Below are positions 36,913 through 46,909 of a DNA stretch of 48,026 nt, in pieces; the first letter of the stretch is position 1, and each line of letters starts with the position of its first letter. The notes beneath the pieces were generated by a model, which was not told the origin of the DNA, ran no database searches, and was given only the letters and a program-made list of their open reading frames with translations. The stretch spans positions 1 to 48,026 of the forward strand of contig CAYHNK010000003.1 of the NCBI GenBank assembly GCA_964357695.1, given 5' to 3'. A program made the position numbers and the translations under genes. The DNA comes from an uncultured Bdellovibrionales bacterium (GTDB lineage: Bacteria > Myxococcota > XYA12-FULL-58-9 > CAYHNK01).

Positions 36913-37389
36913 CGACCACAGCACCGCAGCGCCGACGGCGGTGCTCGCGCCGATGAGCACGGGCGTCGCGACGTAGTCTTGCAGGGCCCATTCCCACGCC
37001 TCGGGCAGGCGCAGCTCGGGGGTCAGGTAGAGCTCGTCGAGCGGGCGCAGCCCCGGCGGTCCCGCCAAGTCGTGGTAACCAGTCGGTGCGCTCGCGAGCG
37101 TGAGGTTGAGCGCCAAGGAGATGGGTGCTCCAGCGACGTGAAAGCGCACGATCGTCATGCGTCCGAGCGCCACGTGGCGCGCGTAGGTCGCATTGCTCGG
37201 CGACAAGAGCCTTGGCGTCGCGATGCAGCGCTCGCGTGCTAGCTGTTGACCGATGCCCCCCGCGGTGAGGATGTTGCCGAGCGAGAGCTCGAGCACCTCG
37301 CCGAGACAATCGGGCTGCTCGACGGGTGTCATGGGACCAGGCGCCGCGGCAGTGACGACAATGACCAGCATCGTGCTCAACGGCAGCAT
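36898..37389 (-). CDS. hypothetical secreted/membrane-anchored protein
   Basis: ATG 37389 is preceded by AAGGAGG and gives MLPLSTMLVIVVTAAAPG (signal-like). There is a C-terminal hydrophobic helix (TPVLIGASTAVGAAVLWSLL). Its 3' end overlaps the convergent 36295..36912 gene by 15 nt. Confidence 0.5.
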   Translation of the reverse strand: MLPLSTMLVIVVTAAAPGPMTPVEQPDCLGEVLELSLGNILTAGGIGQQLARERCIATPRLLSPSNATYARHVALGRMTIVRFHVAGAPISLALNLTLASAPTGYHDLAGPPGLRPLDELYLTPELRLPEAWEWALQDYVATPVLIGASTAVGAAVLWSLLHP

Positions 37390-37568
37390 GGGCGCCTCCT
37401 TGTTTGCTCTGCCGATAAGATAACCCGACGCGACGCATCTGTCAGGCGTGGACATTGGCACAGGGGTGCATACCCTTGTCAGTGGTGGTGAATTTTCGCT
37501 ATGGTGCCGCGCGTCAATAGGCGGGGCAACGGCGCAATCCCTCAACGTGGGGGCGTGGCAGGTGCGAA

Positions 37569-38681
37569 ATGGGTCCAGAAGTTGCAACACAGGAGCTCCT
37601 CGCCAGCGTCGAGGGCTTCGACTTTCGCATCAGCGTGGACGATGCCGCCTCGGTGATCCTCTCCACCCATTTGTGCTACGACCTGCACGTCCGGCCGACC
37701 ACCTACATTTACGCCCGCTTGCGTGACGCTGGTGTCGTCGCGCAGCTGCGCCTGCGCCATGGCCCACGTGACCCTTGGGTTTCTCTCGAGCCGCTGTCGG
37801 TCTTGACGCTCGGCTTGCGCTGCGGTGACGAAGTGCAGATCCGCGTGCCCTCGTCGGTGTCGCGTGCGATGCTCCGCACGGTGATGGAGGCCTTTCGTAG
37901 CTGCCCACGCTACCGCAACTACGTCGCCACGTCGCACGAGGAGCACGAGTGTCCCGCGGTGAGCGCCGAGGCCGAAGCGTTCGAGCAATTTCAGCGCGAG
38001 TTCGACGCGAGCGATGACCGCTCCCATTTGCTCAAGCTGCACATTGAGAATTTCATCATCGGTCACCTCGCCGAAATCGAAGCGTTCATGCGCGAGCACC
38101 GGCCGAGCGTGCCACCGGGACGCCAGGAGCTCGACGAGACCTTTCGCCATCTGCTCTACGGTGCCTTCGAGCACTTTGGCATGAGCTCGCTCGACGTGCC
38201 GTACGACAACCTCATGCAGATCCGCGACATGTGCTACCACCTGCACTTTCGCCAGGTGGAAAGCGGTCGCAAGCTGCCCTACACGCTCGTCAACCTGGAA
38301 TGGAGTCGCGAGCACGGACAACGGTGGCGGCGCACGCAGGGCCTGCGGCAGCGCTACTTCTATGATCGCGAGAGTGCCTACTATCGTGATCTGTTCTTGG
38401 TGCTGGTCTCGCGCGAGCCTTCGCGCTTGCGCGATCTGATTGCCCGCTGGCACGAACGTCTCGACTACTCGCTCGCCTTGCGCAGCGCTCTGCGCGAGGA
38501 GATCGGCAAGTTCGGGCGCGAGATGCAGCCGTTCTCGCCCAACTTCGACAACCCCGAAGAATTCTCTCGCCACATCGAGGCGGTGGGCGAGCTCGTCATC
38601 GCCAACGTGTCGCGGCTGACGCCGTTTCTCTCGCTCGTGCGCGAAGGCCGTATCTACTTGGGGGGCGACCGCACGAGCTAA
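37569..38681 (+). CDS. hypothetical protein, no family recognised
   Basis: 370 aa with high GC3 in this frame. The composition is diverse and rich in His, Tyr, Phe and Cys, unlike the Arg/Ala-rich antisense ORF 37542..38573. It lies 19 nt upstream of the amidase gene. Confidence 0.6.
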   Translation: MGPEVATQELLASVEGFDFRISVDDAASVILSTHLCYDLHVRPTTYIYARLRDAGVVAQLRLRHGPRDPWVSLEPLSVLTLGLRCGDEVQIRVPSSVSRAMLRTVMEAFRSCPRYRNYVATSHEEHECPAVSAEAEAFEQFQREFDASDDRSHLLKLHIENFIIGHLAEIEAFMREHRPSVPPGRQELDETFRHLLYGAFEHFGMSSLDVPYDNLMQIRDMCYHLHFRQVESGRKLPYTLVNLEWSREHGQRWRRTQGLRQRYFYDRESAYYRDLFLVLVSREPSRLRDLIARWHERLDYSLALRSALREEIGKFGREMQPFSPNFDNPEEFSRHIEAVGELVIANVSRLTPFLSLVREGRIYLGGDRTS

Positions 38682-38700
38682 CAGCCAAAGGTAAGTGCCG

Positions 38701-40194
38701 ATGAGCCGGTTTGCCGAGTACCTGTCCTATGATGCCCTCGGTCTTGCCGCACTCGTGCGCACCAAGGGCATCTCTGCGCTCGAGCTCGTCGATGAGGCCA
38801 TCGCCCGCATCGAAGCACTCAATCCGCGCATCAACGCCGTGGTCCACACGAGCTTTGAGCGTGCGCGCAAGCGCGCCCAAGCAGGTACTCTCGAGGGGCC
38901 CTTTGCGGGTGTGCCGTTCCTCGTCAAAGATCTGCTCGCCGAGCAAGCGGGTGAGCCGTGCGCCGCGGGCAGCGCCTTTTTACGCCAGGTGCGCATGCCG
39001 CACGACAGCGAAATCGTGCGCCGCTACGAGCGCGCTGGCGTCGTCATTCTCGGGCGCACGAACACACCGGAGCTCGGTATCTACGCCGTCACCGAGCCGC
39101 GCGCCTTCGGCGTGACGCGCAACCCTTGGGATCTCAATCGCACGCCGGGCGGCTCGAGTGGCGGCTCGGCCGCGGCGGTGGCCTCGGGCATGGTACCGAT
39201 GGCCCACGGCGGCGATGGGGGGGGCTCGATTCGCATTCCTGCCTCCCACTGCGGGCTCGTGGGACTCAAGCCGACGCGCGGGCGCAATCCCATCGGCCCC
39301 TACGTCGGCGATGGCTGGGGCGGCATCGTCTCACAGCACGTGCTGACACGCTCGGTGCGCGATTGTGCCGCCATGCTCGATGCGACGCAGGGGCCTGAGC
39401 TCGGCGCGCCCTACGCGGCCATGCCACCCGAGCGGCCGTACATGGACGAAATCCGCCAGCCCGCCGGCACGCTGCGCATCGCCTACACAACCGAGCCGCT
39501 CTTTGGTGACACCGTGCACCCGGACTGCGTCGCCGCACTCGAGCATACCGTGAAGCTGCTCACTGTACTTGGCCACAAGGTCGAGGTGGCGCGGCCGCCA
39601 TTTGACCGACCACGTCTCGTGCGCGCTTATCTCGCCAACGTCGCCGTAGGCGTCGCAACAGCCCTGAGGATTGCGAGCACGCTCGTCGGGCGCCAGGCGA
39701 CCGCCGCCGACGTCGAGCCGGCAACGTGGCTGCTCAAGCTCATCGGCGAGGCTCTCAGCGCTGGCGAGTACGGTTGGCTACAGCACGAGGTGCATCGCGC
39801 CGGCTTCGATCTCGCGCGCTTTGGTGAGCGCTACGATGTCTTGCTCACGCCGACCACCGCGCAGCCGCCCGTGCCCGTCGGCACCTTTGCCCTCACCGAC
39901 GTCGAGCGCTTGCAGCTCAAGGTGCTCTCCGCCCTGCCGTTCAAGGCCCTACTCGAGCTGGCCCTTGCCGATATGTCGGGCAAGGCGCTCGCAGCGACGC
40001 CGAACACCATGTTGTTCAACCTCACCGGTCAGCCGGCCATGTCGTTGCCGCTGTGGTGGAATGGCGACGGCTTGCCCATCGGCACGCAGTTTGTCGGTCG
40101 CTTTGGCGACGAGGCGACATTGTTGCGCCTTGCCGCGCAGCTCGAAGAAGCTCAGCCGTGGGCGCAGCGGCGACCAGCGGGGTCTGGCGACTAG
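38701..40194 (+). CDS. amidase (amidase-signature family)
   Basis: The amidase signature [33 protein letters not shown] is present. ATG 38701 is used; the ORF opens at GTG 38695. Confidence 0.9.
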   Translation: MSRFAEYLSYDALGLAALVRTKGISALELVDEAIARIEALNPRINAVVHTSFERARKRAQAGTLEGPFAGVPFLVKDLLAEQAGEPCAAGSAFLRQVRMPHDSEIVRRYERAGVVILGRTNTPELGIYAVTEPRAFGVTRNPWDLNRTPGGSSGGSAAAVASGMVPMAHGGDGGGSIRIPASHCGLVGLKPTRGRNPIGPYVGDGWGGIVSQHVLTRSVRDCAAMLDATQGPELGAPYAAMPPERPYMDEIRQPAGTLRIAYTTEPLFGDTVHPDCVAALEHTVKLLTVLGHKVEVARPPFDRPRLVRAYLANVAVGVATALRIASTLVGRQATAADVEPATWLLKLIGEALSAGEYGWLQHEVHRAGFDLARFGERYDVLLTPTTAQPPVPVGTFALTDVERLQLKVLSALPFKALLELALADMSGKALAATPNTMLFNLTGQPAMSLPLWWNGDGLPIGTQFVGRFGDEATLLRLAAQLEEAQPWAQRRPAGSGD

Positions 40195-40208
40195 CGTCAG
40201 ACCTCGCC

Positions 40209-41798
40209 TCAGTAGAGCATCCCGTCGTTCCCCATCTTGAAGACAAACACGTCATCCTGATCCAAGCCCGCAGTGCCGTCGAAGAGCGGCGCATGCTGGC
40301 TCACGCTCAAGTAGAGCGTCGTGCCGGGCGTGCGCTCGGGCAAGCGCACGGGCGCATTGTTGTACGCAAATGCCCGGTGGAACATGTTGATCCCTTGCTC
40401 GGTGTAGCCACGCAAGAAGGTCCTGCCGGCGTCAAAATCGTATCCGGTGATGTAGAAGTGGTCATCTGCATCGACGGTGACACCAAGGTGGTAGTTGCCG
40501 AGCTCGCCGCTGAGCTGCTCGGCCCAGTCGAGCAAGCCCGTAGCGTCAAAGCGCGCGGCGATGGCATGCAGGTTCCAGTTGTTGGGCACGCTGCCGTAGA
40601 CCCCGCCGTAGGTGGTGCCGACTACCACCACACGCCCGCTGCTGTCGGTCGCGAGCTGTGACAGGTAGTCTCCGTCCGTGCTGCCGATCTGACGCACCCA
40701 GCGCACCTCGCCCTCGGCGTTGAGCTTGACCACGTAGCCATCCTCGTAGCCGCGGTTCTGGTCACCCTCCAAGACGCCCGTGGTCGTGCCGGTGACGAAG
40801 AGATTGTCGTAGTCGTCGATGTCAGCGCCGCGTACGAGCTCATCGCCGCTCGAGCCGTAGAGGCCGCTCGCGATGATGCCGCCGCCATCGTTGAATCTCA
40901 CCCAGAACAGATCGCTGCCGCCCGCGTTGACATGCGCGAGCAGCTCGCCGCTCGTCTCGCCGACCAGAATGGGCTGCTCGTACGAGTTGATCGCCACCCC
41001 GAGACCGCGGTCCTCGGCGGCGCTGCCGAGCTGCGTCGTCCATTGCAGCACACCAGCGGCACTGATTTTGGCGAGAAAGGCGTCCGTGCCGCCCGCATTG
41101 GCGCCCTCACCCAGGCTGCCGTCGGTCGCACCGGCGACGTAGAGGTTGCCCCAGCCATCGGCCGCGAGTGCCCACGCGACATCGTAGCCGCTGCCGCCAA
41201 ACTGCGAGGTCCAAGCGTGCGTTCGGTCGGGACGGACCTTGATGACGTAGGCGTCGCTTGCTCCTCGTTGTCCCGAGGGTACCAGAGAGCCGTAGGTGTA
41301 GCCGCAAACAACGATATCGCCGGCTCCATCGACCGCGATGTCGTACACCCGCTCTTCGGCCGGGGTGCCGGCCGCAAGCGACCAGGCGGTCGTGAAAATG
41401 GAGCTATGCTCGTTCGCCAAAGGATTGCCGGCAAGATCCGTAATCGCCATACCGATAGTGATGCTGTAGACCGCGTCGTTGACGTACCACGGCTCGGGCG
41501 TCATCGTCAGCACCGCGCCGTCTACAGCGAGTGTGCCGGGCACAAGATCCTCACCGAGGTGAACAGCCAGGCCGCTAGCGGCCGTCGTCGCGTCGATGGC
41601 CTCAGAAAACCTGACTTCGACCGGTTGGAAGAGGGACACGCCGAGCGCCCCGGGTACGGGGAGGACACCGACGACGATGGGTGGGGTCACATCCTGCTCG
41701 TCGGGTGGGCCGTCGTGATCGTTGCCCCCACCGGACGTGCAGCCAAGTGTGAATCCACACGCGGCGACGACGACAGACAGCTGCAATGCGCCCTGCAT
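40209..41798 (-). CDS. lipoprotein with Ig-like (SbsA-type) domain and SBBP beta-propeller repeats
   Basis: - Signal peptide plus lipobox: MQGALQLSVVVAACGFTLGC.
- Ig-like block: DVTPPIVVGVLP...VEVRFSEAID...ITDLAGNPL.
- Repeated ...GGSGYDVAWALAADGWGNLYVAGATDGSL...GGTDAFLAK... units typical of SBBP repeats. Confidence 0.75.
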   Translation of the reverse strand: MQGALQLSVVVAACGFTLGCTSGGGNDHDGPPDEQDVTPPIVVGVLPVPGALGVSLFQPVEVRFSEAIDATTAASGLAVHLGEDLVPGTLAVDGAVLTMTPEPWYVNDAVYSITIGMAITDLAGNPLANEHSSIFTTAWSLAAGTPAEERVYDIAVDGAGDIVVCGYTYGSLVPSGQRGASDAYVIKVRPDRTHAWTSQFGGSGYDVAWALAADGWGNLYVAGATDGSLGEGANAGGTDAFLAKISAAGVLQWTTQLGSAAEDRGLGVAINSYEQPILVGETSGELLAHVNAGGSDLFWVRFNDGGGIIASGLYGSSGDELVRGADIDDYDNLFVTGTTTGVLEGDQNRGYEDGYVVKLNAEGEVRWVRQIGSTDGDYLSQLATDSSGRVVVVGTTYGGVYGSVPNNWNLHAIAARFDATGLLDWAEQLSGELGNYHLGVTVDADDHFYITGYDFDAGRTFLRGYTEQGINMFHRAFAYNNAPVRLPERTPGTTLYLSVSQHAPLFDGTAGLDQDDVFVFKMGNDGMLY

Positions 41799-41913
41799 GG
41801 CTCGCCCCCTTGGTGCCTCCCCCCAAGCGAAAGCCGACGTAGGCTACCGGCTCGCGCATAATGTGTGGACGAGACTAGCTCCAGTCACGGGGTGTTTCGC
41901 CGAACGGGTGCGC

Positions 41914-43176
41914 TTACGCGGTCTTCAGCCCTTCGTCGAGGGCGCGGATCAGATCTTCGACATCCTCGACACCGACAGACACGCGCACAAGGCCATCCGT
42001 GATGCCGCCCTTCTCGCGCTTTGGCTTGGGCACGCACGCATGCGTCATCGATGCAGGATGCTGAATGAGGGAGTCCACGCAGCCAAGCGATACGGCCAGC
42101 GCGAAGATCTTGATGTTGTCCATGAGCTTTTGGCCGGCCTTGAGTCCGCCTTTGATATCGAAGGCAATCATGCCGCCAAAGCCGCTCATCTGGCGCTTGG
42201 CCAACGCGTGGTGCGGGTCGTCCTCGAGTCCAGGGAAGTAGACGCGCTCGACCTTGGGGTGGGTCCTGAGAAAGCGCGCAATCGCCATGGCGTTTTCGCA
42301 ATGCCGATCCATGCGCAAGGGCAGGGTCTTGATGCCGAGGTTGACGAGCCAGGCGTCGAACGGGCTCGGGGTGCCGCCGACATCTTTGATGATGCTGTAG
42401 GCCTTGTCTTTGACGTCATCGCAGGTGGTGGTCATCACGCCACCGACGACTGTGCCGTGGCCGCAGAGGTACTTCGTTGTGGAATGCACGACCACGTCGG
42501 CGCCGAGCGTGAGCGGACGCTGGAGGTATGGGGTCGCGAAGGTGTTGTCGACGATCACCATGATGTCTGGGTTGACCGCCTTGACGATCTTCACCACCGC
42601 CGCGATGTCAGTGACCGCCATCGTCGGATTGGTGGGGGTCTCGAACAGAAAGGCGCGGGCTTTCGGGTTGGCCTTGATGACGCGCTCGACGGCATTCAGA
42701 TCCTGCGTCGCCACCTCGACGGTGCGCACGCCAAAGCGTGCGAGGACATTCTCGGCGCAGTGCTGCGTCGCGCCGTAGAGCACATCTCCCAAGATGAGGG
42801 TGTCGCCCTGCGAGCAGACGGCCATCAGCGTCGACGAAATCGCCGCCATGCCCGAGGTGAAGGCCAAGCTGGAGACCCGCAGGTTGGGGTCCTTGAGCTT
42901 GACTTCTTTGCCCTCGAGGGCGTTCATCTTGGCTTCGAGGAGCCTGACCGTCGGGTTGCCCAGACGGGTGTAAGCGTAGCCGGGCTTCTCGCCGGAGAAG
43001 ACCGCCGCGCCTTCGGCCGCGCTGTCAAAGACGAAGGTCGACGTTTGGTAGATGGCGCCGGTGTGCGACGTGTGCTGCGGCTGGCCGACGTGCTCGCCCG
43101 CGTGGATCGCGCGCGTCGCAAAGCCGCAATCGAGCAAGAAATTTTCTAAGAAATCGGCTGACTTTGAATCTTCCAT
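41914..43176 (-). CDS. Cys/Met-metabolism PLP-dependent enzyme (methionine gamma-lyase / O-acetylhomoserine sulfhydrylase family)
   Basis: [19 protein letters not shown] and [18 protein letters not shown] (PLP-Lys) are present. ATG 43176 is preceded by AGGAG. The ORF opens at 43401, but that leader is non-homologous. Confidence 0.85.
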   Translation of the reverse strand: MEDSKSADFLENFLLDCGFATRAIHAGEHVGQPQHTSHTGAIYQTSTFVFDSAAEGAAVFSGEKPGYAYTRLGNPTVRLLEAKMNALEGKEVKLKDPNLRVSSLAFTSGMAAISSTLMAVCSQGDTLILGDVLYGATQHCAENVLARFGVRTVEVATQDLNAVERVIKANPKARAFLFETPTNPTMAVTDIAAVVKIVKAVNPDIMVIVDNTFATPYLQRPLTLGADVVVHSTTKYLCGHGTVVGGVMTTTCDDVKDKAYSIIKDVGGTPSPFDAWLVNLGIKTLPLRMDRHCENAMAIARFLRTHPKVERVYFPGLEDDPHHALAKRQMSGFGGMIAFDIKGGLKAGQKLMDNIKIFALAVSLGCVDSLIQHPASMTHACVPKPKREKGGITDGLVRVSVGVEDVEDLIRALDEGLKTA

Positions 43177-43288
43177 GGGGGGCTCCTGGGTTGGTCGCGC
43201 ATTCAGCCTCTTTGCCGCGGGCAACGCAACCTCTCGTTGCGGGTCGGAGATCGTGGCGCACGCCGTGTCGGTCATGTAGCATCGCCGG

Positions 43289-43807
43289 ATGAAAAACCTC
43301 GATACGAAGTATCTCTTTGCCTGCCTCGGCATCGTCGCGCTCGTCACCTTCGCTCCGGAGCCCGCGCGGGCACAATCCGAGTCGATGGACGAGATGACCA
43401 AGCTCGTCGCCGTCTACGAGCTGACCATGCCGCATCTCGAGGCCTACGGCGCGGTCATGACCGCCATGACCGACTGGGCGATCGCCAACCCCAAGGAATT
43501 TGCAGCGATGCAGGCGCGCGTGCCGAAGGGCACGACCACCGTCGAGCAGTCGATCGCCGCGCTCGACAAGGAGCCGGTGGTCAAGGCGCTGCTCGACAAG
43601 CATCGGCTGTCGGCCCGCGACCTGGTGCTCCTTCCCATGGCCGCCATGCAGGCCCATATTGCCGCGCTCGGTGAGGCGCAGGGAAGAACCTTTCCGGCGG
43701 GCCTCATCAATCCCAAGAACGTCGCCCTCGACAAGGCCAACGCCGCGCGCATCGAGGCGATCATGACCCAGGTGGCGGCCGACCGGAGCCGCGCCACGGG
43801 ACGATAG
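43289..43807 (+). CDS. hypothetical secreted helical protein
   Basis: 172 aa with signal peptide MKNLDTKYLFACLGIVALVTFAPEPARA. No family was recognised. It lies 89 nt upstream of the ECF sigma gene. Confidence 0.6.
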   Translation: MKNLDTKYLFACLGIVALVTFAPEPARAQSESMDEMTKLVAVYELTMPHLEAYGAVMTAMTDWAIANPKEFAAMQARVPKGTTTVEQSIAALDKEPVVKALLDKHRLSARDLVLLPMAAMQAHIAALGEAQGRTFPAGLINPKNVALDKANAARIEAIMTQVAADRSRATGR

Positions 43808-43896
43808 GAACATAGAATGGCAGGCCCATTTCTCTTCGCCAGCAAGGCTCGCCGACCGGTAGTAACCCAAGAGCGGAGTGGAGGTCAGCGCGGGTC

Positions 43897-44622
43897 ATGT
43901 CGCTTCTCGTAGAAGATCGGGCGCTGCTCGCGCAGTTTCGCGCGGGGAGCTCGCAGGCGCTACGCCGCGTGCTGGGCCACTATGCGCCGACCCTCGCTGC
44001 GACGCTGCGTCGGGGCTTTGGCTTTCGCGCCGGCAAACAGCACGTGCGCTTTGCCGGCTACCGCGACACCTTTGCTCTCGAAGACGCAATGCAGAACATC
44101 TTTCGCCGCGCTTTCTCAGACAACGCCCGCACACGCTACGACGGCCTGAGACCCTTCGCCGCCTACCTGCACGTCATCGCGCGCAACGTCGTCATCAACG
44201 AGTTTCAGACCAAGAGCCGCACGCTCGAGCTCTTTGGTATCGAGCCCGTAGGCGACGGCGTCCCCATGAGCGAGGAATACTCCGCCGCCGACGATCCGCT
44301 GGGCGAAGAGGGCCTCTCGGCCCGCGGGCTGCCCGAGCAAGATCTCGTCAGCGCCGAGCTGCGCGTCCTCGTGCGCGAGTTTCGTGCCGGGCTCACCGGC
44401 CGCGATGCGGAGGTCTTTCGCCTGCGCTTTGACGAGGGACTCTCTCACACCGAGATCGCCTCGCGCACCCACTGGTCACCCTCGCAAATCAAGACCACCG
44501 AGGCGCACATACGCACCGAGCTCGTGCGCCACCTGCATCGGCACGGCTACCTCACCGAGCACCGTTTGCGTAGCAAGGGAGCGCGTCCCGCACGGACGCG
44601 AGCGCAAGGAGAGAAGTCATGA
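43897..44622 (+). CDS. ECF-type RNA polymerase sigma factor
   Basis: Region 2-like segment: LEDAMQNIFRRAF...RPFAAYLHVIARNVVINEF. Region 4 HTH: LTGRDAEVFRLRFDEGLSHTEIASRTHWSPSQIKTTEAHIRTEL. Confidence 0.85.
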   Translation: MSLLVEDRALLAQFRAGSSQALRRVLGHYAPTLAATLRRGFGFRAGKQHVRFAGYRDTFALEDAMQNIFRRAFSDNARTRYDGLRPFAAYLHVIARNVVINEFQTKSRTLELFGIEPVGDGVPMSEEYSAADDPLGEEGLSARGLPEQDLVSAELRVLVREFRAGLTGRDAEVFRLRFDEGLSHTEIASRTHWSPSQIKTTEAHIRTELVRHLHRHGYLTEHRLRSKGARPARTRAQGEKS

Positions 44623-45413
44623 TATCGCATCTCATCCATCGACATGCCCGACGCAAGGTTTCACGGCTGCTCGGCGGCTCGTTGTCGCCACGGCGACATC
44701 GACGCCTGCGTGCACATCTCGGGGGGTGCCCGAGCTGCCGCGCGTACTACGAAGGCGAGCGCCTGCTCGAAGACGCCCTCTTCGCGCCGGCGACGCTGAA
44801 TCCCGCGGCCATCGAGCGCCTCGCCGATCTGGTCATCGAGCCCGCGCCCAAGGCGCGACGGCATTGGCTGCCCTTTGCCGTGTTGGCGCTCGGTGGTGCG
44901 GCCGCCATGCTCGCCGTGACGCTGCGGCCTCCTACGACCATCGACGAGGCCATGCAGGCCCGCGGCGTGGCGACGGCTCCGGCGGCGGCGGCGTTGGTGC
45001 TCTTTGCCATCGATCCGCAGAGCGAGTCGGTCGCACGTCTGTCGCGCGACGCTCAGCCCATCACCCTCGCACGGGGCAGCACCGTGCAGCTCGCCTACCG
45101 CAACGAGAGCTACCGCTTTGCCGCTGTGCTCGGGATCCGTGCGGATGGTGAAATTCAGTGGTATCATCCCGCCGAGGCTCAGGCTCTTACGACGGGCGGC
45201 GTCGCGCTCGTCTCCAAGGCCACCGATGAGCCTTTTGGCAACGCATGGACCATCACCGCACCCACAGGCTCTTTGAGGCTGCTCGCTTTCTTTGCCGACG
45301 CGCCTTTGACCGCGACGGCGCTGGAGGCGGAGGCACGGCGGGTGGGCCTGCACGGCGTTGCGACGGTGCCCGGGGCTGTCGTCGACAGCCTCGCGCTGGA
45401 GATCGTCCGCTGA
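44619..45413 (+). CDS. anti-sigma factor (zf-HC2), single TM, periplasmic DUF4384-like domain
   Basis: HLGGCPSC matches Hx3Cx2C. The TM helix is WLPFAVLALGGAAAMLAVTL. The periplasmic beta-rich part is STVQLAYRNESYRFAAVLGIRADGEIQWYHP. ATGA overlaps the sigma stop, and AAGGAGAG lies upstream. Confidence 0.75.
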   Translation: MISHLIHRHARRKVSRLLGGSLSPRRHRRLRAHLGGCPSCRAYYEGERLLEDALFAPATLNPAAIERLADLVIEPAPKARRHWLPFAVLALGGAAAMLAVTLRPPTTIDEAMQARGVATAPAAAALVLFAIDPQSESVARLSRDAQPITLARGSTVQLAYRNESYRFAAVLGIRADGEIQWYHPAEAQALTTGGVALVSKATDEPFGNAWTITAPTGSLRLLAFFADAPLTATALEAEARRVGLHGVATVPGAVVDSLALEIVR

Positions 45414-46909
45414 TGCGGCTTGGCGTCATCGTGTTGTCGTTGTTGGCGCTCGTCCCCGCCGCGGCGGCCGAGCCCGAGGCGACGCTGCGTACCTACGCGC
45501 TCATCGTCGCCAATAACCAGAGCCTCTTGCCAACCCGTGAGTCGCTGCGCTTTGCCGACGACGACGGCGTGCGCTACGCCGAGCTGTTTCGCGCGAGCGG
45601 CGCCGCCGTATCGCTCTATGCCGTCTTGGATGCCGACACCCAACGGCTCTATCCCGAAGAGGTGGCGGCGGCCACACCCCCGACCCGTGCGGCGCTCCTC
45701 GCAGGTCTCGAGCATCTCTTTGTGGCCATGCGCCGCGACCACGCCGCTGGCGAGCGCGTCGTCTTCTACTTTGTCTTCTCCGGTCATGGTGAGACCACCG
45801 AGGACGGCGAGGGCTACGTCCACTTGCTCGATGCCAAGCTGACACGCGACGATCTGTTCGCCGAGGTCATCGCCAGATCGCCGGCCGACCTCAACCACGT
45901 CATCATCGATGCCTGCAATGCCTACTTCATGGTCGCCGAGCGCGGCGCTCAGGCCCAGCCTGCGGGCAACTACGGCTCGCTCATCAAGAGCTTTGTCAGC
46001 CGCTCGAAGCTCGGCGCCTACCCAAACACCGGGGTGCTGCTCTCGACGGCCAGCGCCAGCGAGGTACACGAGTGGGGCCGTATCGAAGCGGGGATCTTCT
46101 CCCACGAGCTACGCTCCGCCCTTGCGGGCGCCGCCGATGCGGACGGCAACGGCGCCGTGGACTATGACGAAGCGGCCGCCTATCTCGCCGCCGCCAACGG
46201 CGCGCTTCCCGATCGCCGCACGCGCTTGCAGGTCTTCGCCCGCGCCCCGGCCCGCAACGTGGCCGAGCCGCTCATGCGTTTGTCAGCGAGCGGCGCGCGT
46301 CTGAGCGTGCCGCCGAGCGTCGCCGGCCGCTACTCCATCGAGGACGATCGAGGCGTACGCTACGCCGATTTCAATAGCAGTAACGACGCTGGCGTCGAGC
46401 TGCGCCTCGTGCCGCGACCCCTCTACTACGTCCGCGGTGATGCGGGCGAGTATCGCTTGGAGCCGGCAGAGGTGGGCAGCTCGTACGATCTCGCAACGCT
46501 CACGCCGCAGCCCGCGCGCCTGGCACTGCGCGGCAGCGCCAACGACGCCTTTGCCCGCTATCTCTTTGGCGTGCCCTTCGGGCCCCAGTTTGTCGCCGGC
46601 TATCGCCAGGCGCAGCTGCTCGTGGTGACCGGTCCGGAGTCGAGCGTCGAGGCACGACTCGAGCCGCCGGTGCGACCTTGGCGCTATGGCGCCACCACCG
46701 CGGCCGTCACGCTCGGGGTGGCGAGCGGCGTGCTCGAGTGGCTCGCGCGCGGCGCGGCGGCGGACTACCGCAACGCCGCGGGCAGCACGGGCGAAGTGGC
46801 GCAATATCGCGATCGGGCCGAGGGCTATCATCGCCTCGCCCTCTTTGGCGGCGGCCTGTCGGTCAGCGCAGCCATCACCGCCGCGGGGCTCTATTGGCTC
46901 GAGCGCTAA
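45413..46909 (+). CDS. secreted, membrane-anchored caspase-like protein (peptidase C14 family)
   Basis: - The start ATG shares its A with the anti-sigma TGA (TGATG).
- Signal peptide: MRLGVIVLSLLALVPAAAAEP.
- Caspase-fold blocks: YALIVANNQ...LRFADDDGVRYAELF, VVFYFVFSGHGET (His) and HVIIDACNAY (Cys).
- C-terminal hydrophobic helices: AAVTLGVASGVLEWL, LALFGGGLSVSAAITAAGLYWL. Confidence 0.8.
   Translation: MRLGVIVLSLLALVPAAAAEPEATLRTYALIVANNQSLLPTRESLRFADDDGVRYAELFRASGAAVSLYAVLDADTQRLYPEEVAAATPPTRAALLAGLEHLFVAMRRDHAAGERVVFYFVFSGHGETTEDGEGYVHLLDAKLTRDDLFAEVIARSPADLNHVIIDACNAYFMVAERGAQAQPAGNYGSLIKSFVSRSKLGAYPNTGVLLSTASASEVHEWGRIEAGIFSHELRSALAGAADADGNGAVDYDEAAAYLAAANGALPDRRTRLQVFARAPARNVAEPLMRLSASGARLSVPPSVAGRYSIEDDRGVRYADFNSSNDAGVELRLVPRPLYYVRGDAGEYRLEPAEVGSSYDLATLTPQPARLALRGSANDAFARYLFGVPFGPQFVAGYRQAQLLVVTGPESSVEARLEPPVRPWRYGATTAAVTLGVASGVLEWLARGAAADYRNAAGSTGEVAQYRDRAEGYHRLALFGGGLSVSAAITAAGLYWLER

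Noticed and set aside
37456-37470. Sigma-54-like element TGGCAC-AGGGG-TGCAT, about 100 nt upstream of the 37569 gene.
   Set aside because: The GG and GC dinucleotides are separated by 9 nt, not the invariant 10 (TGGCACG-N4-TTGC). RpoN promoters tolerate almost no spacing change, so I do not call it. It could be revisited if an enhancer-binding protein regulon is mapped.
37542-38573. 343-aa minus-strand ORF competing with the hypothetical gene 37569..38681.
   Set aside because: Neither strand has a recognised family, so this is the least secure strand call. The plus frame was chosen for three reasons: high GC3, a diverse residue composition rich in aromatics and His, and tight spacing to the downstream amidase. 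The minus product is Ala/Arg/Leu/Val-rich.
41722-43149. 475-aa plus-strand ORF.
   Set aside because: It is antisense to the Cys/Met-metabolism PLP enzyme (STTK PLP-Lys motif on the minus strand).
43221-43240. Inverted repeat GCAACG-N8-CGTTGC in the divergent spacer between the PLP enzyme and the 43289 gene; also considered as part of a SAM/Met riboswitch.
   Set aside because: Only a 6-bp stem is present. The ~110-nt leader shows none of the conserved riboswitch cores I know, so it is not callable by eye.
43807-43811. GGAAC pentamer upstream of the ECF sigma gene as a possible autoregulated ECF -35 element.
   Set aside because: No CGT-type -10 element lies at the expected 16-17-nt spacing. 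The pentamer also overlaps the stop codon of the preceding gene.
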